A DNA stretch of 64,000 nucleotides from Heptranchias perlo (Eukaryota). This document shows, piece by piece, positions 12,875 through 24,335 of this stretch (positions are counted from its first letter, which is position 1; each line of letters starts with the position of its first letter). The notes below the pieces were generated by a model that ran no database searches, was not told where the DNA came from, and was given only the letters and a program-made list of their open reading frames with translations. The stretch spans positions 62,001-126,000 of the forward strand of contig NW_027139436.1 in assembly GCF_035084215.1 (NCBI RefSeq). The letters run 5' to 3'. A program made the position numbers and the translations under genes.

Positions 12875-13197
12875 ATAATGAAGCAGTCCGTGCCCGCATG
12901 CAGAAGACCTGGACAACATCCAGGCTTGGGCTCAGGAAGTGGCAAGTAACATTCGCGCCAGACAAGTGCCAGGCAATGACCATCTCCAACAAGAGAGAGT
13001 CTAACCACCTCCCCTTAACATTCAAACAGCATTACCATCGCCGATCCCCCACCATCAACATCCTGGGGGTCACCATTGACCAGAAACTTAACTGGACCAG
13101 CCATATAAATACTGTGGCTACAAGAGCAGGTCCAGAGGCTGGGTATTCTGCAGCGAGTGACTCACCTCCTGACTCCCCAAAGCCTTTCCACCACCTT
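12875..13197 (+). mobile_element. LINE reverse-transcriptase fragment, same family as 15005-16052
   Basis: Frameshifted peptides KWQVTFAPDKCQAM and ILGVTIDQKLNWTSHIN. Confidence 0.85.
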
Positions 13198-13545
13198 GTG
13201 ATAATAACCGTCGGCCACTGGGTGTCGGTTGCAACAGCACCAGATGTCTGCTTCTGTATCTCTCCCACTCTCGCTCTCCCTCCTGTTGCTTCTCTCACTC
13301 TAATTCTCTCTCTGTCTGTGGGTATCGTTAAATTTTATGAAATAAAGTAAAATTTGAGATTAAAAAAAACCGAACCTCATTCATTCTGAACCTTGAGAAT
13401 TGGGTCCAGTTCTGGTCAGACTGCATCTTGAGGACTGGGTCCAGTTCCTGGTCAGACTGCACCTTGAGGACTGGTCCAGTTCTGGTCAGACTGCACCTTG
13501 AGGACTGGTCCAGTCTGGTCAGACTGTGCCTTGAGGACTGGGAGA
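13195..13545 (+). repeat. Composite module (Tx1-type tail plus ggtccagttctggtcagactgcaccttgagga repeats); copies at 14155-14380 (+) and about 63110-63300 (-)
   Basis: Closely similar sequence is readable at the three positions. Confidence 0.75.
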
Positions 13546-14115
13546 ACGAGACAGTGGGATGAGTTTGGGATTGATACAGGACGATGGGGAGAGAGTGGGG
13601 CAGTGGGATTAGTGTGAGATTGATACAGGTCTATGGAAGAGAGTGGGGCAGTGGGATTAGTGTGAGATTGATACAGGACTATGGGGAGAGAGTGGGGGAG
13701 TGGGATTAGTGTGAGATTGATACAGGGACTATGGGGAGAGGGTGGGGCAGTGATTGATGCAGGACTATCGGGAGAGAGTGGGGCAGTTGGATTAGTTTGG
13801 GATTGACACAGGACTATGGGGAGTGTGGGGCAGTGGGATTAATGTGAGATTGATGCAGGACGATGGAGAGGGAATGGGGCATTGGGATGAGTTTGGGATT
13901 GATACAGGACTATGGGGAGAGAGTGGGGCAGAGGGATTCGTGTGAGATTAATACAGGGCAATGAGGAGAGAGCGTGCAGTGGGATTAGTGTGAGATTGAT
14001 ACAGGACTATGGGAAGAGAGTGGGCAGTGGGATTAGTGTGAGATTGATACAGGACTATGGGGAGAGAGTGGGGCAGTGGGAATAGTGTGAGATTGATACA
14101 GGACTATGCGGAGAG
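13545..14115. repeat. 49-bp minisatellite A (GAGTGGGGCAGTGGGATTAGTGTGAGATTGATACAGGACTATGGGGAGA)n
   Basis: Tandem units, with a reverse-complement array at 63585-64000. Confidence 0.9.
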
Positions 14116-14384
14116 AGAGTTTAGCAGAAACCACACCAAAGACAGCTGGTTCCTTGTGATAATAACCGTCGGCCACTGGGTGTCGGTGTAACAGCACCAG
14201 ATGTCTGCTTCTGTATCTCTCTCACTCTCGCTCTCTCTCCTGCTACCTCTCTCACTCTAATTCACTCTCTGTCTGTGGGTATCCTTAAAGTTTATGAAAT
14301 AAAGTAAAATTTCAGCTAAAAAAAACAAATCTCATTCATTCTGCACCTTGAGGACTGGGTCCAGTTCTGGTCAGACTCCAAATG

Positions 14385-14995
14385 TGTTTATGTTGAGTTC
14401 CCTCACTCTGTGTATTCCCACACTGTAACTGTGTTTATGTACAGTTCCCTCACTCTGTGTATTCCCACACTGTAACTGTGTTTATGTACAGTTCCCTCAC
14501 TCTGTGTATTCCCACACTGTAACTGTGTTCATGTACAGTTCCCTCACTCTGTGTATTCCCACACTGTAACTGTGTTTATGTACAGTTCCCTCACTCTGTG
14601 TATTCCCACACTGTAACTGTGTTTATGTACAGTTCCCTCACTCTGTGTATTCCCACACTGTAACTGTGTTTATGTACAGTTCCCTCACTCTGTGTATTCC
14701 CACACTGTAACTGTGTTTATCTACAGTTCCCTCACTCTGTGTATTCCCACACTGTAACTGTGTTTATGTACAGTTCCCTCACTCTGTGTATTCCCACACT
14801 GTAACTGTGTTTATGTACAGTTCCCTCACTCTGTGTATTCCCACACTGTAACTGTGTTTATGTACAGTTCCCTCACTCTGTGTATTCCCACACTGTAACT
14901 GTGTTTATGTACAGTTCCCTCACTCTGTGTATTCCCACACTGTAACTGTGTTCATGTCCAGTTCCCTTACTCTGTGTATTCCCACACTGTAACGG
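14385..14995 (-). repeat. 47-bp minisatellite B, about 13 units, each with a 12-RSS-like motif on the minus strand
   Basis: Unit ACAGTTCCCTCACTCTGTGTATTCCCACACTGTAACTGTGTTTATGT, with a reverse-complement array at 61730-62895. Confidence 0.95.
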
Positions 14996-15004
14996 CGTTT
15001 ATTT

Positions 15005-16052
15005 ATTTTTTTCATTCATTCATGGGATGTGGGCGTTGCTGGCGAGGCCGGCATTTATTGCCCATGCCTAATTGCCCTTGAGAAGGTGGTGATGAGCCGC
15101 CTTCTTGAACCGCTACAGTCCATGTGGTGAAGGTTCTCCCACAGTGCTGTTAGGAAGGGAGTTCCAGGATTTTGACCCAGTGACGATGAAGGAACGGCCG
15201 ATATATTTCCAAGTCGGGATGGTGTGTGACTTGGAGGGGAACGTGCAGGTGGTGTTGTTCCCATGTGCCTGCTGCTCTTGTCCTTCTCGGTGGTAGAGGT
15301 CGCGGGTTTGGGAGGTGCTGTCGAAGAAGCCTTGGCGAGTTGCTGCAGTGCATCCTGTGGATGGTACACACTGCAGCCACTGTGCGCCGGTGGTGAAGGG
15401 AGTGAATGTTTAGGGTGGTGGATGGGGTGCCACTCAAGCGGGCTGATTTGTCCTGGATGGTGTCGAGCTTCTTGAGTGTTGTTGGAGCTGCACTCATCCA
15501 GGCAAATGGAGAGTATTCCATCACACTCCTGACTTGTGCCTTGTAGATGGTGGAAAGGCTTTGGGGAGTCAGGAGGTGAGTCACTCGCTGCAGAATACCC
15601 AGCCTCTGACCTGCTCTTGAAGCCACAGTATTTATATGGCTGGTCCAGTTCAGTTTCTGGTCAATGGTGACCCCCAGGATGTTGATGGTGGGGGATTCGG
15701 CGATGGTAATGCCGTTGAATGTCAAGGGGAGGTGGTTAGACTCTCTCTTGTTGGAGATGGTCATTGCCTGGCACTTGTCTGGCGCGAATGTTATTTGCCA
15801 CTTGTGAGCCCAAGCCTGGATATTGTCCAGGTCTTGCTGCATGCGGGCTCGGACTGCTTCATTATCTGAGGGGTTGCGAATGGAACTGAACACTGTGCAT
15901 TCATCAGCGAACATCCCCATTTCTGACCTTATCATGGAGGGAAGGTCATTGATGAAAGAGCTGAAGATGGTTGGGCCGAGGACACTGCCCTGAGGAACTC
16001 CTGCAGCAGTGTCCTGGGGCTGAGATGATTGGCCTCCAACAACTACGACCAT
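15005..16052 (-). mobile_element. 5'-truncated LINE (RT C-terminal half and 3' end)
   Basis: GVPQGSVLGP, FINDLP, FADECT (degenerate YADD) and YKAQVRSVMEY in ORF 15150-16637. Confidence 0.92.
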
Positions 16053-16724
16053 TGATAAAGGCTGGACTGAGCACAGTGATGGAGAGAGACACCAACAGAG
16101 GGCGATCGATAAAGCTGAGACTGAGTGCAGTGATGGAGAGAGAGAGAGACACCAACAGAGGGAGATTGATAAAGGTGAGACTGAGTGCAGTGATAGAGAG
16201 AGAGACACCAACAGAGGGAGATTGATAAAGGTGAGACTGGGTGCAGTGAGAGAGAGAGAGAGAGAGAGACACCAACAGAGGGAGATTGATGAAGGTGAGA
16301 CTGGGTACAGTGATGGAGAGAGAGAGAGAGAGAGACACCAACAGAGGGAGATTGATAAAGGTGAGACTGAGTACAGTGATAGAGAGAGACACCAACAGAG
16401 GGAGATTGATAAAGGTGAGACTGAGCACAGTGATACAGAGAGAGAGAGACACCAACAGAGGGAGATTGATAAAGGTGAGACTGAATACAGTGATGGAGAG
16501 AGAGAGAGAGAGACACCAACAGAGGGAGATTGATAAAGGTGAGACTGAGTACAGTGATAGAGAGAGAGAGAGAGACACCAACAGAGGGAGATTGATAAAG
16601 GTGAGACTGAGTACAGTGAGAGAGAGAGAGACACCAACAGAGGGAGATTGATAAAGGTGAGACTGAGTACAGTGAGAGAGAGAGAGACACCAACAGAGGG
16701 AGATTGATCAAGGTGAGACTGAGT

Positions 16725-16764
<40 letters not shown>

Positions 16765-16795
16765 ACAGAGGGAGATTGATCAAGGTGAGACTGGG
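16050..16795. repeat. About 60-bp (GA)n-containing tandem repeat, same family as 6645-7575
   Basis: Direct inspection. Confidence 0.93.
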
Positions 16796-16799
16796 TCCG

Positions 16800-17510
16800 G
16801 CCATGTCGATACTCAGTTGGAATCGTGTGTCCAGTTTTGTTCCCCTCACATGGTTGGTGTTATTGCAGCTTTGGAAAGTGTGCAGACGAGGCCATTGGAC
16901 CAATTCCATCTTAAAGCAGCTTCGTTATCAAGACAGGGTAATATTTGTGGAACTGTAGACTTTCGAGAAGCCCAGACTCGGGGGTGATCTGATCAAGGTT
17001 TATCAGATGATGAAAGGATTGGGTTCCAGTGGACAGTTTGTTCCAATTAAACAGGTTCGGGAGGACCAGGAGTGACAATTGTCAGTTGTCCGAGGCCTGA
17101 TCGAGGTCAGATGTCAGGAGGTGGTTCTTTCCCAGAGAACAGTGGGCCTCTGGGACAGGCTGCCGCCTCGTACGGTGGACCCCGATTCCCAGAATTCCTT
17201 CAAGCGAGAGCTCGGCCTGTTCCTGTCTGGGGCGGAGATCACCTCGTACAAAAGGTGTGTAATGTGTAGAATTATCAGGGCCAGACCGATCTCCTGGACC
17301 AGTTCCGATCGCCAAAGGGGTCGGAGAGGAATTGCCCAGACTTTTCCCCCCCAAATTAGCCAGGGTTTTTAACTGGTTTTTCGCCTCTCCCAGGAGATCA
17401 CATGGTTTTGGGTGGGGTGGGGATTGTACATATTGTGATACACTAGGGATCACAATTATGTGGGACAGGCTGGATGGACCAAAGGGTCTTTTCCTGTCCC
17501 TCATTGTTCA
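16800..17510 (+). mobile_element. Degenerate CR1-type LINE 3' fragment
   Basis: Contains gggggtgatctgatcaaggtttatcagatgatgaaagg and ttctttcccagagaacagtgggcctctggg, and ends in a gatggaccaaagggtcttttcctg 3' end. Confidence 0.65.
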
Positions 17511-17511
17511 T

Positions 17512-17970
17512 ATACACGGGACTGGGAATCTCCCCAATATCAGGTCCTGGGGTTTATTCCCCAATGACTGTACTGGGGGGATTCCCTCAGACACGGGACT
17601 GGGAATCTCCCCAATATCAGGTCCTGGGGTTTATTCCCCAATGACTGTACTGGGGTGATTCCCTCATACATGGGACTGGGAATCTCTCCAATATCTGGTC
17701 CTGGGGTTTATTCCCCAATGACTGTACTGGGAGGATTCCCTCATACACGGGACTGGGAATCTCCCCAATATCAGGTCCTGGGGTTTATTCCCCAATGACT
17801 GTACTGGGGGGATTCCCTCATACACGGGACTGGGAATCTCCCCAATATCAGGTCCTGGGGTTTATTCCCCAATGACTGTACTGGGAGGATTCCCTCATAC
17901 ACGGGACTGGGAATCTCCCCAATATCAGGTCCTGGGGTTTATTCCCCAATGACTGTACTGGGGTGATTCC
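17512..17970. repeat. 77-bp tandem repeat, about 6 units
   Basis: Unit CACGGGACTGGGAATCTCCCCAATATCAGGTCCTGGGGTTTATTCCCCAATGACTGTACTGGG... Confidence 0.92.
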
Positions 17971-18177
17971 CGATTGGCCTGTTCCTATTGCTGTAGATTG
18001 GGTGTAATTCTCTCCAGTGATGCCAGGGAGTTCCTCACACGGGGAATGGACTCTCCCAGATAAGTCGTGCAGGCGAAGCCCCTGCTGTGGGGAGGGAACT
18101 AAGATGGGCCGAACGACCTCCCCCATCCTTCTCCATCCCTTCACACCTCCACTTATCTCATTTCAACTCTGAGCTTT

Positions 18178-18183
18178 TTTATT
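18178..18183 (-). terminator. Polyadenylation signal for the membrane IgW transcript
   Basis: AATAAA on the minus strand about 350 nt after the TM2 stop. Confidence 0.55.
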
Positions 18184-18529
18184 GAACTGATTTCAAACCA
18201 AAACTTTTACACCAGTGGAAAACGTGAAGAAAAGTGAGAGGCAGTAATTGGAACCACGTTTCTTGTTACAATATTTTCAATCACAAGATCCCGAGAAACG
18301 GCCCTCGCCCCCCCCTCCCCTCCCCCCACTTCTCCCTCTACCCTCTCAACCTTCCCCCGGTCAATTGAAAGGTTTATCTCCCGGAATGAGCAGTTGCAGT
18401 GCAGTAGCCGAGCATTCCCCAGTGTGCGATGGGGAGGCTCCATTCCCAAATATCGGCCGCCTCACGGGGACATTTCTGGACAATTGGCATCTCGGACTGG
18501 TCTGAATGTGAGGCACAGGAATCTGCTGG

Positions 18530-18541
18530 TCACTGCTGGAC
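18530..18541 (-). CDS. IgW: IgW TM2 exon (cytoplasmic VQQ-stop)
   Basis: Acceptor ctgtctgtattccag is followed by GTC CAG CAG TGA. Phase 0 matches the TM1 end, giving K-V-Q-Q, similar to the short K-V-x Ig tails. Confidence 0.75.
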   Translation of the reverse strand, partial: VQQ

Positions 18542-18599
18542 CTGGAATACAGACAGCAGAGTCATTTGCTTGTGTGTGTCAAGGTGTAACAGGTAGTGT

Positions 18600-19048
18600 C
18601 ACCCTAAAGGACAGGCGGTCTGTCCTTATTCTAGGAGATTGACCCGAAAGGACAGGCGGTCTGTCCTTACTCTCGGAGATTGACCCTAAAGGACAGGCGG
18701 TCTGTCCTTACTCTCGGAGATTGACCCTAAAGGACAGGCGGTCTGTCCTTACTCTCGGAGATTGACCCAAAAGGACAGGCGGTCTGTCCTTACTCTCGGA
18801 GATTGACCCTAAAGGACAGGCGGTCTGTCCTTACTCTCGGAGATTGACCCTAAAGGACAGGCGGTCTGTCCTTACTCTCGGAGATTGACCCTAAAGGACA
18901 GGCGGTCTGTCCTTATTCTCGGATATTGACCCTAAAGGACAGGCGGTCTGTCCTTACTCTCGGAGATTGACCCTAAAGGACAGGCGGTCTGTCCTTACTC
19001 TCGGAGATTGACCCTAAAGGACAGGCAGTCTGTCCTTACTCTCGGAGA
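18600..19048. repeat. 41-bp minisatellite, about 11 units, in the TM1-TM2 intron
   Basis: Unit GACCCTAAAGGACAGGCGGTCTGTCCTTACTCTCGGAGATT. Confidence 0.95.
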
Positions 19049-19429
19049 TGGGGCCGACAGAATAAGCCCTCAGTTGGGCTCAGGCCCATGGGTACAGAGC
19101 CCAGTGTTGGTCAGGGTCACGGCTGGTGACCTGAGTCTATCTGAACCCTCTTTGATTTCCCCGTCCCAGCCCAGAAGCGTTGACCCAAATTCCCATCACC
19201 CCCAGTCACCAGCGGTGCTGAATCGAGGCCCTGGGGACAGGAGAAAAGGGGAAAGGTTCAAGGTGCCAGAGGTGGTGAAGGGTTCCACACTGCACTGTTA
19301 GTCTGGCCCTCGGGTGATGGCTGGAATCTCAGAGTCACATCATAAGATGTGGGGAGAAATTGAAGGTCAAACCGTGGGCATTATGGGATGTCTGTGCTGC
19401 TGCTCATTTGATAGTCAAAGGCTGGTTAC

Positions 19430-19572
19430 CTTGATAACGGTGACGAAGGTGCTGTAGAGGAAACTTAGAATGAAGAGGATGGCGAAGGCAGCGACTGTTA
19501 ACACATTGTCGTCTCCATCCCAATCTCCTGCTTCTTCCTTCCCTTCCTCTCCTGCCTCGTCTGGAGGGAATT
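19430..19572 (-). CDS. IgW: IgW TM1 exon (acidic spacer plus transmembrane helix)
   Basis: Acceptor ttcctttcag; peptide (E)FPPDEAGEEGKEEAGDWDGDDNVLTVAAFAILFILSFLYSTFVTVIK with the Ig CART motif; donor AAG/GTAACC. Absent from the ORF track. Confidence 0.95.
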
Positions 19573-19699
19573 CTGAAAGGAATGAGAAATTGGGGCTGTT
19601 AGAGTTTCCTGTGGATGTTTCATAACCATCGACAATATCTCAATAGTTTGGAGATAACACAGTGAGGGGGGAGTGGCACTGGGAGCAGAGAATCATTAG

Positions 19700-20055
19700 A
19701 GAGTCTCCCTCTCTCTCTCTCTCGCTCTCTGTCTCTCTCGCTCTCTCTGTCTCTTTCTCTACCTCTCTTTCTCTTTCTCACTCTCACTCTGTCTCTCTCT
19801 CTCTCTTTCTCTGTCTCTCTCTCTCTCTATCTTTCTCTCTCTTTTCCTCTCTCTCGCTCTCTCTTTCTCTGTCTCGCTCTATCTCTCTCTCTGTGTTTCA
19901 GTGTGTCTCTCTGTATCTCTCTTTGACTCTCTCTCTCTCTTTGTCTCCCTCTCTCTGTCTCGATCTCTCTGTCTCACTCTTCATCCCTCCCTCTCTCTCT
20001 GTCTCTGACTCTCTCTCTTTCTGTCTGCTTCTTTCTCTGTGTTCCAGTGTGTCTC
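19700..20055. repeat. (CT)n-rich microsatellite followed by an assembly gap (20056-20314)
   Basis: Direct inspection. Confidence 0.9.
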
Positions 20056-20314
20056 NNNNNNNNNNNNNNNNNNNNNNNNNNNNNNNNNNNNNNNNNNNNN
20101 NNNNNNNNNNNNNNNNNNNNNNNNNNNNNNNNNNNNNNNNNNNNNNNNNNNNNNNNNNNNNNNNNNNNNNNNNNNNNNNNNNNNNNNNNNNNNNNNNNNN
20201 NNNNNNNNNNNNNNNNNNNNNNNNNNNNNNNNNNNNNNNNNNNNNNNNNNNNNNNNNNNNNNNNNNNNNNNNNNNNNNNNNNNNNNNNNNNNNNNNNNNN
20301 NNNNNNNNNNNNNN

Positions 20315-20660
20315 GCGCCTTTCAAGAGCTCAGGACATCCCAAGGTGCTTTCCAGCCAATGAAGTACTTTCGAAGTGTAGTCACTGTTGTAATGTAGGAA
20401 ACATGGCAGCCATTTTGTGCACTGCAAGATCCCACAAACAGCAATGTGATAATGAGCAGATAATCTGTTTTTTGGTTGAGGGATAAATATTGGCCCAGGA
20501 CACCGGGGAGAACTTCCCTGCTCTTCTTCAAAATAGTGACCGTGGGATCTTTTCGGTCCACCTGAGAGGGGCAGACGGGGGCCTCGGTTTAACATCTCAT
20601 GCGAAAGACGGCACCTCCGACAGTGCGGCACTCCCTCAGTACTGCACTGGAGTGTCAGCG
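20315..20660 (-). mobile_element. Deu-domain SINE (SacSINE1-like)
   Basis: Reverse complement of the core ggagtgc.gcactgtcggaggtgccgtctttcg...gttaaaccgaggcccc. Confidence 0.85.
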
Positions 20661-21132
20661 GAACTTGTAAATCGGAAGGAGTCACCAGGTTCAGCATTGA
20701 GCAGCTCCGCTCAATGAGACAATCTCTTGTGATTGGTGATGTGAGGGAGTGAGGGGCTGAATGGGATGGGAAAGCCTGTGATTCACGGCTCACTGGGATG
20801 GAATAAGGGGGAAGTGATCCAGTGAGGGTCAGTGGGCAAATGTGAAGGGGTCTTCCAGCCTCATTGATCCAGGGCCCTCTGTCATTGTGAGCCCATTAAC
20901 TCTACTTTCCCACAGGATCGTTTCATTCTCAAGAGTTACGGCCCAGCTGAGATTTACTTTGGGTGCTGACAGACAGACGTTTAACTGGACCATTGGTCCA
21001 GAAAAGTCACCAATGCCCAGACACGCCTCTCCTGTTATTCAGCCTCACACATCCACACCTGGTCGAGCAGCACTGGGGTGCCTGAGCACGGGGACCCCTC
21101 AAACAGGGACCCCCACCCCACCACCTAACACG

Positions 21133-21476
21133 GGTGCCAGCTGTGGCTCAGTGGGTAGCACGCTCGTCTCTGAGTCCGAAGGTTGGGGGTTCCAGTCCCA
21201 CTCCAAGGACTTGAGTCCATAATCCAGGCCGACACTCCCCGGTGCCAGTACCGAGGGAGTGCTGCACTGTCGGAGGTGCCGTCTTTGGGGTGAGACGTTA
21301 AACAGAGGCCCCTCAGGTGGATGTAAAATATCCCACGGCCACTATTGGAAGAAGAGCAGGGGAGTTCTCCCCGGTGTCCTGGGCCAATATTTATCCCTCA
21401 ACCAACATCACTAAAATACAGATGATCTGGTCATTATCACATTGCTGTTTGTGGGAACTCGCTGGGTGCAAATTGG
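21133..21476 (+). mobile_element. Deu-domain SINE with a tRNA-derived head
   Basis: A-box tggctcagtggg, B-box-like ggttccagtcc, and the Deu core. Confidence 0.85.
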
Positions 21477-21478
21477 AG

Positions 21479-21746
21479 TTGGTGGGCCGAGAAAGACCAA
21501 AGGCCGTCTGGTTCCCCTTCTCCCACCCTGGTCGCTGTGTGATACGATGATAATGGAGTTGTTGACTAATCAGAGCAATCGATCTCCATCAATTAGTCTC
21601 CAACAGACCCAGACATGAGGTGAGGAAAACCCCCAGTGGTGGAGAGCTTTGGGGAGCCATTGGTCCAAAGTCACCTGTTCCTCCCGAGCCCTGTTCCACT
21701 TCCCGCACCTCATGTCCCCAAATTACTCGGAGACTCTCTCCCCAAA
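21479..21746. repeat. 268-bp dispersed repeat, copy 1 (CH6-TM1 intron)
   Basis: About 4 mismatches against 33692-33959, with the same orientation and end points. Confidence 0.9.
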
Positions 21747-22135
21747 CAACACCCACAATGAAGACCCGGAAATCCAAACCTTTTCCCATCTCCTTTATTG
21801 ATATTGGATTGGTACATTGACATTTTACAACAGGCATTTAACCCTTCGTGAGGGTCTCACACAGGTTTCAAACTCAGTCAAACGAGGCACAAAAAAGGTT
21901 TTCAGGAGGGAGTCCAGACCTTGTGAGACTTGGAGCCAATAATGTTTGTGTCCTGATTCGATCATTTCGATATTTTTCTCAATTACTGAACAAGGTCTGA
22001 TTTTGATGACGTTTTAAGTGTTCTGTTACCAAAAGGGAGATTTGATAGTGAGCACAAGACCCCCCCTGGTGGGGTTAACGGTACATTTACAGGGATTATT
22101 TTCTATCTGAAGGTCACTCATTGAATCATTCGATG

Positions 22136-22521
22136 TTAGAAACAGGATTTCAAGCTATCGGCTAGAACAAGTGAGATGTTCACCAGGGTGGGTTTGCTGT
22201 GAGATTTATTGATGCTTCTGAACAGATTGGTTGTGAGCGACTCGTGTCCCACCACACAGGAGAAAGTGGTGCTGCTGTTCCACTCCTCTGCGGGGACCGT
22301 CAACCGGCTGCCCGCCGAGTTCCAGCCCCTTCCGCCGTCCTCGGTCACCGGCTGGTTCACGAAGCCCGACTTCAGAAGGGTGTCGTTGGCCATCCAGGCC
22401 ACGTAGATCTCTGCGGGGGAGAATCGGGTGACCAGACACACCAGGGTCGCCGTCTGATCCGTCTCCATCTCGTCCGGTGAAGGGGGGAGGATGTAGACTT
22501 GAGGGCGAGTCTGCGCGTCCA
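22136..22521 (-). CDS. IgW: IgW CH6 exon plus secretory tailpiece
   Basis: C1-set Ig domain (ATLVCLVTRFSP...W...FSCVVGHE) followed by the tailpiece KPTLVNISLVLADSLKSCF-stop with an NIS glycosylation site and penultimate Cys; acceptor tgtttccag. Confidence 0.96.
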
Positions 22522-22839
22522 CTGGAAACAGAGACAACCTTGGTTAGACTGAGTCTTTCACCCATCCTGGATTTACCTGAGACGTTCTACTCTTACACAA
22601 ACCCTGGGCACCTTTTACATCCCCAGAGACCCCCGTCTATCTCGGAAACTAAAGGCATTTCTCCGTTTGTTTATTGTTGGGGGGAGGGAGAGGAGGAATC
22701 TTCAATCTTGCTGATTTTATAACCTCCAGTGAGGTTAGTGTGTCCCGTTTAAACATCTGGAGCCAGTGAACAACTGGAACTCTGCAGAAAGAGAGTCCGA
22801 CTGGTTAAGGGGACGGGCTGCTCTTCCAATGATAGATTT

Positions 22840-23205
22840 AATAGCGGGGTTCGAAATCATGGGGGGTTTTGAGAGAGTAAATCAGGAGAAACTGTTTCCA
22901 GTGACAGGAGGGTCGGGAACCAGAGGACACAGATTGAAGAGAATTGGTGAAAGAACCAGAGGAGGAGATGAGGAGAATTTTTGACGCAGTGAGTTGTTCC
23001 AATCTGGAATTCACTGCCTGAAAGGGCGGTGGGAGGAGATTCAATAATAACTTTCAAAAGGGAATTGGATCAATATTTAAAAAGGAGAAAATTTGCAGGG
23101 CTCTGGGGAAAGAGCGGGGGAGTGGGATTAATTGGATAGTTCTTTCAAAGAGCTGGCACAGGCATGATGGGCCGAGTGGCCTCCTTCTGTGCCGTATGAT
23201 TCTAC
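22840..23205 (+). mobile_element. CR1/HER1-type LINE 3' end
   Basis: FEIMGGFERVNQEKLFPV...TRGHRLK and the typical gatgggccgagtggcctccttctgtgc 3'UTR. Confidence 0.85.
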
Positions 23206-23244
23206 GAGAAACACCAGACATAAATCCATTTCCCACCGTCAGAC

Positions 23245-24290
23245 GGTAATAAATCACTCCCCTGTACTAGACAGCTTCCCCCTAGACAGTAATAAATCAC
23301 TCCCCTGTACTAGACAGCTTCCCCCCAGACAGTAATAAATCACTCCCCTGTACTAGACAGCTTCCCCCTCGACAGTAATAAATCACTCCCCTGTACTGGA
23401 CAGCTTCCCTCGAGACAGTAATAAATCACTCCCCTGTACTAGACAGCTTCCCCCCAGACAGTAATAAATCACTCCCCTGTACTAGACAGCTTCCCCCTCG
23501 ACAGTAATAAATCACTCCCCTGTACTAGACAGCTTCCCCCCAGACAGTAATAAATCACTCCCCTGTACTAGACAGCTTCCCCCTCGACAGTAATAAATCA
23601 CTCCCCTGTACGAGACAGCTTCCCCCTAGACAGTAATAAATCACTCCCCTGTACTAGACAGCTTCCCCCCAGACAGTAATAAATCACTCCCATATACTAG
23701 ACAGCTTCCCCCTAGACAGTAATAAATCACTCCCCTGTACTGGACAGCTTCCCTCGAGACAGTAATAAATCACTCCCCTGTACTAGACAGCTTCCCCCGA
23801 GACAGTAATAAATCACTCCCCTGTACTAGACAGCTTCCCCCGAGACAGTAATAAATCACTCCCCTGTACTAGACAGCTTCCCTCGAGACAGTAATAAATC
23901 ACTCCCCTGTACGAGACAGCTTCCCCCCAGACAGTAATAAATCACTCCCCTGTACTAGACAGCTTCCCCCTCGACAGTAATAAATCACTCCCCTGTACTC
24001 GACAGCTTCCCTCGAGACAGTAATAAATCACTCCCCTGTATTGGACAGCTTCCCTCGAGACAGTAATAAATCACTCCCCTGTACTAGACAGCTTCCCCCG
24101 AGACAGTAATAAATCACTCCCCTGTAATAGACAGCTTCCCTCGAGACAGTAATAAATCACTCCCCTGTACGAGACAGCTTCCCCCCAGACAGTAATAAAT
24201 CACTCCCCTGTACTAGACAGCTTCCCCCTCGACAGTAATAAATCACTCCCCTGTGCTAGACAGCTTCCCCCCAGACGGTAATAAATCCCT
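23245..24290. repeat. 43-44-bp minisatellite, about 24 units, in the CH5-CH6 intron
   Basis: Unit GACAGTAATAAATCACTCCCCTGTACTAGACAGCTTCCCCC. Confidence 0.96.
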
Positions 24291-24335
24291 TCATTTGCTG
24301 AGATCAGACTCACACCGAGCTCTGTCCACACCTAC

